This document shows positions 14,595 through 26,570 of a stretch of 64,000 nt of DNA, in pieces. Position 1 is the stretch's first letter. Each line of letters starts with the position of its first letter. Source of the stretch: the human T2T-CHM13v2.0 reference genome, Homo sapiens; NCBI RefSeq assembly GCF_009914755.1, contig NC_060927.1, one strand, 5' to 3'. A program made the position numbers and the translations under genes. The notes below the pieces were generated by a model. That model saw only the letters and a program-made list of their open reading frames with translations, made no database searches and was not told the DNA's origin.

Positions 14595-15900
14595 TAAAAT
14601 CAACAAATGTATGGAAGATATATGATATGTCAGGTCCTGGGCTGGTGCAGACAGTTTGAGGATTAATCCTATGTAGTGTCAAACTCTGATGAGCTCATTT
14701 AGTATGGAGAAAAGATTTGTAAGTTATGCTCTGTTGATCTCAAGCTCATGTGGGGAAAAAGACTCATACATAAATAATTGCAATATATTATAATGAGGGC
14801 CATTGTCGAGGTATGTACTAAGTGCTTTAAGAGCCTAGAGGAGCAATTAATTTTCCGGAGTCAGAAACATCTTATCAAAGGAGGAAGCATTTGTGTTTTC
14901 TTGAAGAATGCCTCTAAGTTCTTCCAATGCAGAGAGGGAAACAGGAATTCTAAACCTAGCAAACACCATAAGCAAACACACTGAGGGTGAGACTGCATGG
15001 CCTTTTCAGGGAAGTAGATTGACATGACTAGCATTTATGGAACATATCTAGGTAGGAGACAATGCTAGAAAGGAAGATTGGGCCAGGTTATGATGGAACT
15101 TGTGCATCTCCCAAAGGGAATCAAATTTGTTTTAAAGTGAACTGTTGGAGACTTTGGGGTTGAGTAGTGATCCTCCAGGACAATGCTTTGATGGTTTGAG
15201 AAATAGATTGAAGTTGGGAGGGAGTAGAGGCAGGCAGGGTTGGGAGGCTATTGCAGAAGTCCAATAGACAATAGTGCAATGAGACAGTAAAGCAGGCCAT
15301 TCTGGTGGGAATGGGTTTGAAAGGTACTTTTCAGTTGATTTACAATGCCTCGACAGTTAACTGGAACAGGAGGCCCTGGGAGTGGAAGTTGATGCTGAGT
15401 TCTTCATTCAGTTAGTCTACAGCATGGATAGCAAAACAAAACAGATGTATAAAGGACAGATTCAAGGAATTAAAATGAAGGTATGTTGAGTTTAAGATTC
15501 CTGGGGCACAGTCAGGCCAAGAATCTCATCAGGGAAAGAGAGAGTTTCAACAATAAAAGGAGAGTTAGCAATACTAAATGTTCCACAAACGCCAAGACAG
15601 GTAAAGACTAAAAAGTAGCCATTGAGTTTGTTGATACAGGATTTTAACCATGATCTTTGGGAGGACAGTTTCCATAGAAGGGGATGGAAGCCAGTTACAA
15701 TAGGCTGGTAACAAAAAGAACAATGAACATCAGAGAGAAAAGAATTTTTTTTTTTTTTTTTTACACAGAAATTTCAGTGTGAGGAGCAAGGAGAGTGAGA
15801 AGGTGTAGCTTGAGAAGGAAAGAGAGTTGAGGAAAAATTTTTAGGAAGGGATGTCTAGAATGTATTTATATGTGGAAGAAAGCAAAATGCATAGAGAATG
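14595..15900 (-). mobile_element. L2 LINE remnant
   Basis: caacaaatgtatggaag...tatgtcaggtcctgggct (antisense L2 3' end) followed by purine-rich degraded L2 body. Confidence 0.6.
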
Positions 15901-17539
15901 GACCAAGAGATGTGACAAAGCAAGGTAGAAGAACTGGAAGAACTGCCTCAGTGCTTCAAGGTTTACAAAGGAAAGAGAAGCTCCCTGAGGGGTTGGTCTA
16001 CTCCGATTACCGCTTGCCTCTTTAACTCAGGGACTTACTTTCCCCTGGAATCTCACTCATGGCTGCCACAGCCATCACACTGGCTGTGGGGGTGAGAGAA
16101 GGAGTAGCTCTGTCTTTCAGAGGCCATCACTTTATCCATGATGGTACAGCTGAGAGGAGTTATTAATACTAACCCCTCTTTATTAACAACTTTGGGGAAT
16201 TAGACCATAAAAAGCACATTTAAACACAAAGTCCCTATCCTCGGAGCCCACAGGCTCAGCCTCATGGGGTTTCTGATGAAGGCAACTTCTTCCCCTTCTG
16301 GCTCCTGGAGGCCCTAGTCTTCTCCTCACTCCCTTGGAGCACCCATGAAGACTCAAGGCACCAGACCCAAGAGAAAGTGGTCTAAGGCTGTCTTCCAAAT
16401 CCCTGACTCCTTCCTGCCCTTGTATGATTGAAGTTGGGATTGGCCACTCACTCAGGGAAGACCCCATTCCAGCTTCTGCCAACTAGAGGGTAACAAAACA
16501 CCTTGGTATCAAAAGATCAATCACATCACAGCAGAAGAGTCCAATAAGCATAGAAAATATACATAGATGGTTTCTGATTCAGGGTTACCCTTAGAAAGCA
16601 GGGGTGGTGGGTGAAGTAACAATAAGTGGAATGGAAAAAAAGTTAAAGCAGTTTATTTTTTGGTGCATTTTGTGAAGTAGAATCCTAGGACAACTGCTGA
16701 TATTGAGAACTAGTGGGTTAGTTGGGATTTGAAGAGTAACAGTTTGGAGAATAAAGATTTATGGCAATTAGCAAACGGTAAAATATTGCTCAATATACCA
16801 GAGGCTCTGCTGAAGACGGAAATCATACACATGTAACACAGCCTAGCTATATGATTTTTTTTCCACAGCAGAGTGGCACCTGGGGGCATGCACGGAGAAA
16901 GCCATAGTTAGATTTATGAAAAGCTATATATTGTCAAGGTGGGCACAGCAGAAGGACAAGAATGTGAGGGATCTAGGATGCTAGTGAGAATGTGGTTTAA
17001 TTGAAGGTCTTGGTCATGAGGCCCAGGCTAGGTCGGGGGAAAAAGGATAAAAAGGGTGCTGATAGACTAAGGGATTGGGAAGGGGTGGAGAAAGTACAGG
17101 TCTTGCTAAGACTGGCAGGTGGGTTTGGGGGAAGTAAGAGAATGGGACTGATGAAAGGGCAGAGTTTCTGGCTAGACAATGAGTCTCTGAGTTTCAGATT
17201 TCAGAGATGAAATATTCCTGGGGTTGGGATTTGGGAGTGGGTAGATGAAGGGAAATAGGTTGGTAGCAACCCATCACATATTGGGATGTGTAAAATGATG
17301 TGGTCATCAGATATTCTGACTTCTTAAAACTCATGAAAATAAACCTGTCAATAAAAAACAGATTGACAAGACCCAAAGAAATGCAGACTTTGGAAGGCAT
17401 TTGCTAAACTTTGCTTATCATGCGGTTTGGAGGTGGGATAGGAAAAAAATAGGTCTCTCTGTAGACTTCATAAAAAACAATACGTGAAGACCTCAATTTG
17501 TGGATGTCCTTCCCTTAAGAGAATGAACTAACTAACTAA

Positions 17540-17948
17540 ATAACAAGTTTTATGTTCCAGATTTTTGGCTTCTCTAGAAAAACAAGATGGTCTTGGCAGC
17601 ACTGAGCCAAGATTCCCTCAAGGTAGCCAAAAGATTTCTCACCAGAGTACCTGAGTCTAACATTCTGTGTTGCCATACTACACCTGGCTGGGTGTCAGTT
17701 GCTATTTATCAGTATGCTCACACATCTTTTTTAGAGTTAAGAGGAAAGTGAAATATTTCTTGTATCAAGGCCCTATCAAAATTAGAAAGCCAGAAGTGAA
17801 TCAGGAAGAGTATTACTCTGATATGCAAAGTATATCGTTGTTGGAAAAACAAGAATTATGATGCTATTATGAAACAAATCCCTCCAACTTCACTCATTAC
17901 ATTACCTACCTGGCCCCCATACACATCTGAGTTTGCAATGACTCCTGT
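17540..17948. mobile_element. MER102-like hAT-Charlie remnant
   Basis: cagatttttggcttctct...ggcagcactgagcc and terminal cctacctggccccc...tgagtttgc. Confidence 0.45.
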
Positions 17949-18449
17949 AATAAAATGGTGGTAGACATACAATCATATACATGAGACAGCATTTATAAAA
18001 CCAGTGTAATAAGTAACAGTTATTACACTAATTGAGGGACTCATATTAGTCTATCATATTGTATCCTTTTGCTGATAGAATGATCTTATCAAATTCCCAT
18101 TGATTAATAGATTCCCTCAAAGTGCTACCAATAGACACTGAAAAAACTTAATGAACTCGCAAAGTAGCTCCTCAGTGGCTGAAAAGCATAGCTGTAATTC
18201 CCTGAGTGCCTAACTTCTTGGCAGCCATATACACTTGCGGAAGATGGATCCAAGGAAAATGGGTGAAGGATCTTTTGTGTCAGAAGAGAGGAAAATATGG
18301 AAATGAAAGCTTTTGGCAGGTCTAACTTGCCACATTACTGCTCAGGAAAAAAGGCAATCAATCGCTACATATTTCTTGTTGTTGAGGATCATGATAAAAT
18401 AAATATAATTTAAGCTGTAGGAGCATAATAGATTAAAATCAACCCCTTG

Positions 18450-19130
18450 GATTGACTCAGGAAGCAAATGAGTTGCCAGTGTGGACTAGTACATTGATAT
18501 AATCTACTATTTCCTTAAAGCATTTTGGTCATCTACTTTCTGCTCTAGTTAGCATTTATGTTAAGCATATGAACAGCAGTTGACTACGAAGGCTCAGAGG
18601 TTGAACTGCATCTTTGGAGAAATAGAGGAAATAACATGTGATTGAGGTTTGGGAAATGAAAATTGTCATAATACATTAAGGAAGAAAATAATCTGAAGGC
18701 CAAGTACTCACTGAATCAGAAAAAAAGTTGGAGAGTCCTAATATTGGAGCCTGTGAACTGGAAACTAGATATGAATTCATAACCTACGAGGGTATAAATG
18801 ATGGCAAGAAGTCAGTAAACTGAGTCAGTGTTATTTTTGAGACTGAAGGAAGGTTCTTATGGAACAGGGAGTCTGAATAGTTCAAGTTCTGGGCATTAAA
18901 TTGATGATGCAAATAGAAGACAGTTTGATGAAGAGTGACAATGATTAAAATCTGAGATGGATTGAAATACGAAGAAAATTTAAAAGAGATAAAGCCTTGT
19001 ATTGCTGGCATGATAGAATGAGATTTTAAAGGTATCTACTTTAAATATGAGCAGGTTACTCACCAGAATCCAACCGTTTGCATACAGACAAAATAAATTG
19101 GCATAAGCATCATGGAGCTATTTAGAATGG
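18450..19130 (+). mobile_element. Possible very old CR1/L3 LINE remnant
   Basis: Weak resemblance to the CR1 RT 3' region (gaatagttcaagttctgggca..., tacgaagaaaatttaaaagagat..., tttaaatatgagcagg). Confidence 0.3.
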
Positions 19131-22044
19131 GCATTTTATTAATGTCTTGCCTATCTTTTATTGCCCTGCTCTGAAATGTAATCTGAGGGAACCATTAGAC
19201 AATATTCGCTGAGGAATGACTATGATATTTTGGCTCTTTTTCTAACTCCAACTACTACGAATTTCACAATGCCATGAAAACACTTCAGCAAGAATTTTGG
19301 CAAAATATTTACAATTTCTTCAATAATATTGCTTGTGGAATATGAGGAATGGACGGCAACCACTTAGTGACTGCAGAGAGACAAGCAGGAATGAGGAAAA
19401 ACAATTACTTACTACGCTATTTGTGATGAAAAAATCTGAGTTTAGCTTATTATAAAAAGCCTGTTGGGAGCCAAGCATCGCACATGTCAGAGGAACATGC
19501 TGCTTCCCTTCACCATGTCTGAGATATGGTACCTACAGTTGGGCTGTTTGTGGGATGAAGAAGTGCTTCTATAACATCAGCAGGCATGTGACCAGTGGCT
19601 TGTGGGAGACAAGCACTTATGGGAATAAAAGGGAACCTGGCACAGGCCTTGGGCCTCTGGCATCATTAGTTACAGGTCTGCCAAGATGCTTTGGGAAACA
19701 TTTTAATTTAAATGCCAAGTCTATTTCAACGAAGCTCCCTGGTATGACCTGTTGGGAGTCCAGAGTGAGATGGATAGGTGCTCACTTTGGAGGGCACTGG
19801 TGAATCAGCTGGTGCTTCTATAAAAAGCATACTGGGGGTTAAACATCACTAAGTCCCTACTCAGCCCAGGAAAATCACAGTGAGAGCCATGGGATCTATG
19901 GCTTTCATAGCATTTTACTAGTGACTCGTAAATGCAGGAAAGATTAGATACTAACACACAAAAGGCAGAGACACCTCTGGGTGTTTATTCAAAATATCAA
20001 ACTTAGAGAACTTGAAGAATAAAGACCCCAGCATTCTTTTTTCCTCCCCCGAAGCATACTCACAGGCTACTATGACTATAAATTTAATAAAGCAGAGTTA
20101 AGAGCCTGATTTGAATTATTTCAATATTTTTCCTCCAAAACTATCACAAGACAGAAAAAATAAACATTTTGAAACACAACGAGAAAAAAGAAAGAAAAGA
20201 GCTGAGACTGAATAAAACACTAAGCATTGTCCTTCGATGTAAAAAACTATTTCTGTTAGTGTGTAGGCCCAGGTTGGAAAGAGATGTACAAAAACACGAA
20301 TTCAGAGGATCGGAAGAATTAAAACGCCCCCAAGAATAACATGAAAGTATTTGATGTTGCTTCAGGGGCAAGGGCGAGTATGTATATGTACGTAAATCCA
20401 TTTCCTCAGAGGCTCCTTGGCAGTCTGTTACAACACCACGCTAATGAAAGCCAGGTCTTTAAGTTCACCCCGCCTCTGGACTATTAGTTTCTCCTTTGCG
20501 CCCTGCGGGGACTGCATTCCTGGAAATGAAAGCACACGAGTTGGGGAAGGGCTGGGGTGCCAGAGAGGGTAGGAAGCTGGAGCCCACGGAGCCTGGGATG
20601 GAGAGGTGGGTGGGCCCAGGCCTGGGGCGTGGGGTGGCGGTGGAAGGTCTGGGGTCTCACCCTTCGGAGTTTTGAGTCTTGTCTGGCTCTAGGGAGGGAG
20701 ATCCAGGGGAGATATTTACGAACGGAAGCCACACGATCAGCTTGGACTTTTAGGCCAGTCACTCCGCCTTAAGTGGGTGCGTGAGAACCAGAAGAGGGAC
20801 TGGCTGTAGCGCTGCAAGTGAGATCCTGTCCCAAAAGATGAGCCTGACTTAGGCTGGGCCCCGCAGGCCGGCAGGGCCAGCCGGCATCCCTGGTAGGGGA
20901 ATCGGGAAGGTCTCAATGATAAATCTGTGTGTGGAGACTCAGAGGGCACGAAATAGGCTCTGCTGATGTCCTCTGCCCCTCATAGCCTGCCAGCCACCCC
21001 AGCCTTCACCCCTGCCTCAGCATCCTTCCAACTAGTTGAATCAATCAGGAGCCCAAGGGAAAGGAATTGGTCCCAGTGTATGAAATGGGTCTGACCTACT
21101 GGGGAAGTCAGAGAGGAGCGTCCCGAACTGGGTGGGAAGGAAACGAGTTCCGTGCGCGGGGCTGGGGCAGGAGTGAGGCGCAGCGGCCGAGATCCTGAGC
21201 CCCGGGACCCTTGTTCCGGGCCCCGAGGCCTACTTGGTAGTTGCCCCTCGGGGTTCCGGGTGGGTGACTGACAGTTGCAGCAGCTCTGGGGAGGCGAAGG
21301 ATAGGCAATGACTTGGGGCTCCCGTCCACTCGGCTTTGAGGTCCCCGCGGCCCGATGACCCGGCCTCGGTGACAGCAGCCGCGACGGCGGCAATCTCGAC
21401 AGGGAGCTAGGCGGCTCATGGTGGGTCAGGGGGCGACCGAGGAGGGACCACGCGGCCTGTAGGGGGCAGCGCCGAGCTCGGGAGGAGACAGCAGCCGGCG
21501 GGTGGGGTGGGTCTGGGCTGCCCCCTCCGGGAGCTGCCCCGGGGCCGCACGGCGATTGTCATACCCGGCCGCCCCTGCCCGCCGTGGGCTTCCTCTCGGC
21601 GCCGCGGGCCTTAACGGGGCTCTGAGGGGACGTGACAGAGCTCGGCACGCGGCAGCCTCTGGGGAGTTAGGGTCCGGAGAGACCCACGCGTCGCCCCCCG
21701 CCCGCCCGGGGCCGGGAGATCCTCGGGAGCCGCCTCCGCGTGTCCAGAGAGTGTCGGGGCGGCCGCCACTTCCCCTCGCCCTTCGCCGGAGGTGGGCGCC
21801 TTTTCCTGCGTGGCGGGTGCTCCGACCCCAGTTGCTCTGAGCCCCGGGGAAGCGCGCCCCGAGCCCCTGACGTGGGCGCCCCGTTACCTCGGGGTGGGTG
21901 CCTGGGGCCCCTGAGGTGGGCGCGGGTTGCCCCGGGGTGGGCGCCCGGCCCGCGCGGGTTATTTTTGGCGCCCGCAGAGGCGCGTGTGTTGGGGCGTGTT
22001 TTCCTTCCCCAGGTGCCGAGAGCCGGGGCTCCGCCGGCGCCGGA

Positions 22045-22076
22045 GCTGACTCGTCTCTCTCTTCTTTCCCCTGCAG
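22045..22076 (+). promoter_or_regulatory. 3' splice site (branch point, polypyrimidine tract, CAG) upstream of the PLCL2 ATG
   Basis: gCTGAC tcgtctctctcttctttcccctgCAG|G; branch A at 22049, AG at 22075-22076. Confidence 0.7.
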
Positions 22077-22297
22077 GAATCTTCCGATAATTCTGCCGCC
22101 GCGACTTTAACCGTGCGCAAGGCGAGAGCTCGAAACAAACATCACATCTAAATTAAAAAAAAAAAAAAAAAGCGGAAGAAGCGGCCGAGGCGGCGGCGGG
22201 AGGAGAGGAGGAGGGGCCGCGCGCGGCGGCCCGAGGCGGCGGCGGGGACGCGGGGACGCGAGGACGCGGCTTTGTGCAGGCGGGTCGCGGGGCGCCC

Positions 22298-22624
22298 ATG
22301 GCGGAGTGCGGCCGGGGGGGCGCCGCCGGCGGGGCCCTGCCCACCTCCCCGGGCCCGGCCCTCGGCGCCAAGGGCGCCCTGAAAGCCGGAGTGGGGGAAG
22401 GCGGTGGCGGGGGAGGTCGCCTCGGCCACGGGCGGGCGCGCTATGACAGCGGCGGGGTTTCCAACGGAGACTGCAGCCTCGGCGTGTCCGGGGACGAAGC
22501 CCGGGCTAGCCCTACCAGGGGACCCCGCGGCGTTGCGCTCGCCCCGACCCCCAGCGCGGTCGTCTGTACCCTCCCCCGGGAGAGCAAGCCGGGCGGCCTG
22601 CCCCGCCGGAGCAGCATCATCAAG
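22298..22624 (+). CDS. PLCL2: PLCL2 (phospholipase C-like 2, PRIP-2) first coding exon, 109 codons; the CDS continues in exons beyond this window
   Basis: Translation MAECGRGGAAGGALPTSPGPALGAKGALKAGVGEGGGGGGRLGHG...KPGGLPRRSSIIK matches the human PLCL2 N-terminus as I recall it. ATG context gcgcccATGG. Ends in phase 0 at the strong donor AAG|GTAGGT (GT at 22625). Lies in a CpG island. Confidence 0.95.
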
Positions 22625-24526
22625 GTAGGTGGGAGAAGGGCGCTCATCGCCCACCCTCAGCCGTCCTTGGATTCTATTTTCTCCCTGGGGGAGTGGTGGT
22701 GGAAGGAGGAAGCCCACTGCTAACAGGAACCACTGGAGCATGGGTGCTTGGGGTGGTTGAGCGGGGATTGGATGCAAATGGCATGTGGAAAGAATGGAGA
22801 GGTGATCCCTAATGTGCAGGGGGAGCTGTGCTCAGACATCCTCAGTTGAACTTGGGGCTGTCACCTCTTCCAGGATTGGTCTGGCATTAGGGCCTTGTAC
22901 CTGCCGGGGTAGGGCATACTCTTATGTGTAGCCTAGTCTGGTTAACAGACTCCCTGTAAGATTTCTATTGTATCTTAAACACAGATAGGGATTATGTGAA
23001 ATGTGAGAACATTTTCTTAAAAATCCCAGGCGGCGAACAGAGGGTGAACAGAGATTATTTAATAGGGTTCTTCTGATCCGTATACAGTTAGTTGGCTCTT
23101 ACAAATGTTTACACTTCGAGGGTGCAAAATCTCCTAATATCCGGTCACTCAGTCACAAAGAAAAATAGAGTAGATTTCTGAACATAAATGCAGATTTCCG
23201 CTTTCTTAGGCTCAAAAGCTCAGAGATTACAGTTCCACACGATTTAATCTTTTTCCTTGCTGCAGTAGGCAGGCCTCGAGTACTGTGGAAGTTCTTTTGG
23301 GCAGTTTGCTTGGTTTTGCTTGCACAGTGTTAGCGGAAGAAAGCCAGCGATTGTTTTGAGCATTTTAAACTCAAGAAGTAATATTAGGAACTCCCGAGTT
23401 TGTGTTAGTTTCATTCTAATGTTACATTTTGGTTCGCAATGTAAAAATATTTTTCATGACATGAAGTGCAAAAAAAAATAGTTGATGAGCTAAGAAGAGC
23501 AGAGCCTTAGGCAAGACCAGCTCATTCGGCTCGCTCAAGTTTGGAGCAAATGAAAACATTGCTTTCTGAAAATCAAGGAGTTATCAGGACAGGGAGCAGC
23601 AAAGCAAATTGACAGGCTGCACCCACCCTTCCTGTGGCTGATAACTGGTGGGAGGGCAGAACGTGCCACAGTAAAGAGAGTTGGCAGTGGTGGTATCTGA
23701 AATTTTATTGGACCTACAGAAATCTTCCAAGTACTGTGAAAATGTCTGATGGTGTTATCAACTTATGCAGTAATCTAGTGAAATATACCATCTTGCTACT
23801 CTATGTAAGAGGCAATTGTGAAACAGCATTTCCCTTTGTCATCTGTTTGCACAGTTTATGTCTGGGCAAGGACACAATTTGAAGGGTTTGGAGATCAAGT
23901 GTATTAACTACCTGCAGCACACACGTAGAGATAAACTAAGGAAAGTAAAGTGTCTTTTTGCTGCATACATAGCTTTTAGTGACTTACGTTTTCTTTTACT
24001 CTGTAGCTTATGTTTCCATGGAAGTTGCTTTCAACTGTGCATGATAATCAATCCTATTGACAGAGTTAGGTGACATTTCTGTTTTTATTTGTCATAAAAT
24101 ATTTGTGGTGATTTTGCATTGTGGTGTTAATAAAATTTGAGGTGAAAATTCCAAAGAAGATACCAGCCTACCTAATTTTAACCCCTTTCTTTTAATTGTT
24201 TTGAATACTTGTTTTTGCATTAAAAAATCAAACTTTATTAGTGTCCATAGTGAGATTCATAGTGTAACTTACTGAATTACAAAAACATTTGTTTTAATTT
24301 TACATTACTGGGCGATAAGCAAGAAGGATGATTTGTTAGTATTTCTGATATATGGAATTGGGAACTTGTCAATAGATACCATTTCTTAATTGAAGGCTCT
24401 AGAAGCACATGGGGGAAATGATTAATATTCAAAAATCACTGATTTTAGAAATGATATTGATACTTATGTTGAATTCTGAAACTTTTAAGGATATTTTGTC
24501 ATTTTTCTTCTTTGTAAAGAAAGCAT

Positions 24527-24610
24527 TTGGCTTCTTGTTCACCAGTGTAACCCTAGATATAAAGTGCCAGGAATGTAGTAGCAGCTCAATAAATTGCTTA
24601 TTGAATGAAT
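24527..24610 (+). mobile_element. L2 3' end
   Basis: cttgttcaccagtgtaaccc...gctcaataaattgcttattgaatgaat. Confidence 0.7.
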
Positions 24611-26114
24611 GGAGAAAGTACATGTTTTCTCTGAGTTCTGTTAATTTATAAAACAATTGGTTTTGGATTTACTAGTCCCATATTTTGTTCATTGTATTGT
24701 ACCTCCAAAGAAGGCTTGACATACTCCTTTTTCTTGCCTCTGTTTTCACTTTGCATTTTCTTAAAACTTTCGAAAATTATGGAAGTAGTGTTGAAAGTTG
24801 ATCAATACTGGGTTATAGGAAAGAGAGGATGCTATATTTAAATAGGCAACTACTTGGTATATTTCCCCTTGAATTGGTGCCTTGAAGCATCAAGATTTTT
24901 GGAATGTATTGTGGTATTTTCTAAAGATAACTTCCAGCATCAGGACAATATCCTAATAGAAAACAAAGTCTTTAACATCAAATTTCATAAAGCAACAAAT
25001 ACTGCACAGATAGTTTTGTCATGTGAATGGCAGAAATTATGTTTCACTTTTGTTTAAAAAAAAAAAGAATAAAAAGCTAAAGCAGAAGCCCATGTGAAAA
25101 AGCAATAGTGACATCTTTCCTTGGTTTCCTTATTTTTTTTAATATAAGGGATGAATGCAGTCAGGTGGTCTCTGAGTAGAGGCAGGAGTAGATTAGTAAG
25201 CAAGGTGATAATTGGGGACTTGAGGGAATAGCAGGGAGTGAATGCTACCTGGGGAACTGAGGCCGGTATTTATGGGGTTGTATTAGTTGAAATGCTGGGC
25301 TTCTGAACTGTGCCTCTCTCCTAGCTTTCATCTTCATTACAGTCTTGACAGTCCTCTTTGTTGGAGATCCTTAAATCAGAGGGAGAATAATGGCCTAAAT
25401 GTGCTATAAGGTGGGCAAAGAAAGGGGGACTATTGCTAAAGTGCAGGGCATATGCAGAAATACACTGTAGGCTGACCCGAATCTTATTCCTCATTTAAAA
25501 TAATTTATTTGGTACTCCATCTGTTTTGTAAATGTGGTGTTGAGTAAGAAATTGTTGTAAAACAATATTTTCTGCCAAAATAGATGCACAGATCTATACT
25601 AAAAGAACTCTTTGGTTATGTTAACAGTGTTGATTAAAATTCAGAGTGAGCAGCTTTGTAGAACCTTTTACAAATACCTTGAGATGATAAATAAATCATG
25701 GAAATCATCACCAGACTTTTCTACTTTTCCTTAGCTTATTGAAAATAACGGTCGACTTTTGAGATTATTTACAAAGGCTCATTACTGGATTTTAGAGAAG
25801 AAGCCGTTATGTTTGTCATCTTAAGTAATCTAGTAAATGAAAACATCACTTTCATTTTCTCTTTCCATAATTCATTTCATCACTCTATTCAATATAATCT
25901 ATGCTTTATTTTGAAACAGTTAATTTGGTTAATTGTTCAGATGGCATCCCTTATTTGCAAATAGCTCAATCTTTTAATTCAAGAGCCTGGTCTAAAAATA
26001 TGAAGTAGCATTTTAGGCCTTAGATTTCTGTTTAAGTTTAGAAAGAAATGAAGTTAAAATGTCTATTGCTGTGGATGATTTAGTCAGAACTAGTTAAATA
26101 CTTTGGTTGATACT

Positions 26115-26310
26115 TTAAAAAATGAGGTATGATTTACATACAGTAAAATTCACACTGGTTTGTGTCGAGTTCTGTGAACTTTGACCAATACATTCAGTCA
26201 TTTAATCACCACCATCATGAAGATATAGGGCACTAACATCACCTCAAAAAACTCCCAGGTCTCTGTGATCTTTCGCTCCCCTCATCCCCAGACAATGGCA
26301 ATCTTCGGTT
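26115..26310 (-). mobile_element. L1M 3' end fragment
   Basis: tgaggtatgatttacatacagtaaaattcac...aacatcacctcaaaaaactccc. Confidence 0.7.
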
Positions 26311-26359
26311 CTTTTTTAATCAGTAGGAAATTCGGCCATTACCTTATCTTGGTATTTAG

Positions 26360-26570
26360 AAGTAATAACGGTAGCCAACACTTATTAAACACTCACTGCA
26401 TGCAAAACACGTGAAAAGTGCTTACCGTAATTCTCTGACTTGGTCCTGTGCTAACCACAGAGACAGGAGGAAATCAGAGTTCAGAGAGGTTAACCCTGTG
26501 CCCCAGGTGCTGGAGCTACTTGTATCCCGCTTGGGTATATGGCTGCACTCCATTGCTTCCCCACATTACA
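26360..26570 (-). mobile_element. MIR SINE
   Basis: aataacggtagccaacacttattaaacactcact...gaggaaatcagagttcagagaggttaa. Confidence 0.7.

Larger units (their letters stand above)
20770..22670. promoter_or_regulatory. CpG island / PLCL2 promoter and 5' UTR
   Basis: Abrupt GC- and CpG-rich block against CpG-depleted flanks. Contains GC boxes, an E2F-like TTTGGCGC (21964-21971) and TGACGTGG (21868-21875). Confidence 0.9.

Noticed and set aside
20484-22110. Cluster of 70-137 aa ORFs in and next to the CpG island
   Set aside because: Stop-codon scarcity in GC-rich DNA; mostly non-ATG starts; no recognisable domains.
22148-22777. 209-aa antisense ORF over PLCL2 exon 1
   Set aside because: Starts at TTG, is Ala/Pro/Arg/Gly low-complexity and ends in poly-Phe from the A17 tract; typical GC-rich shadow ORF.
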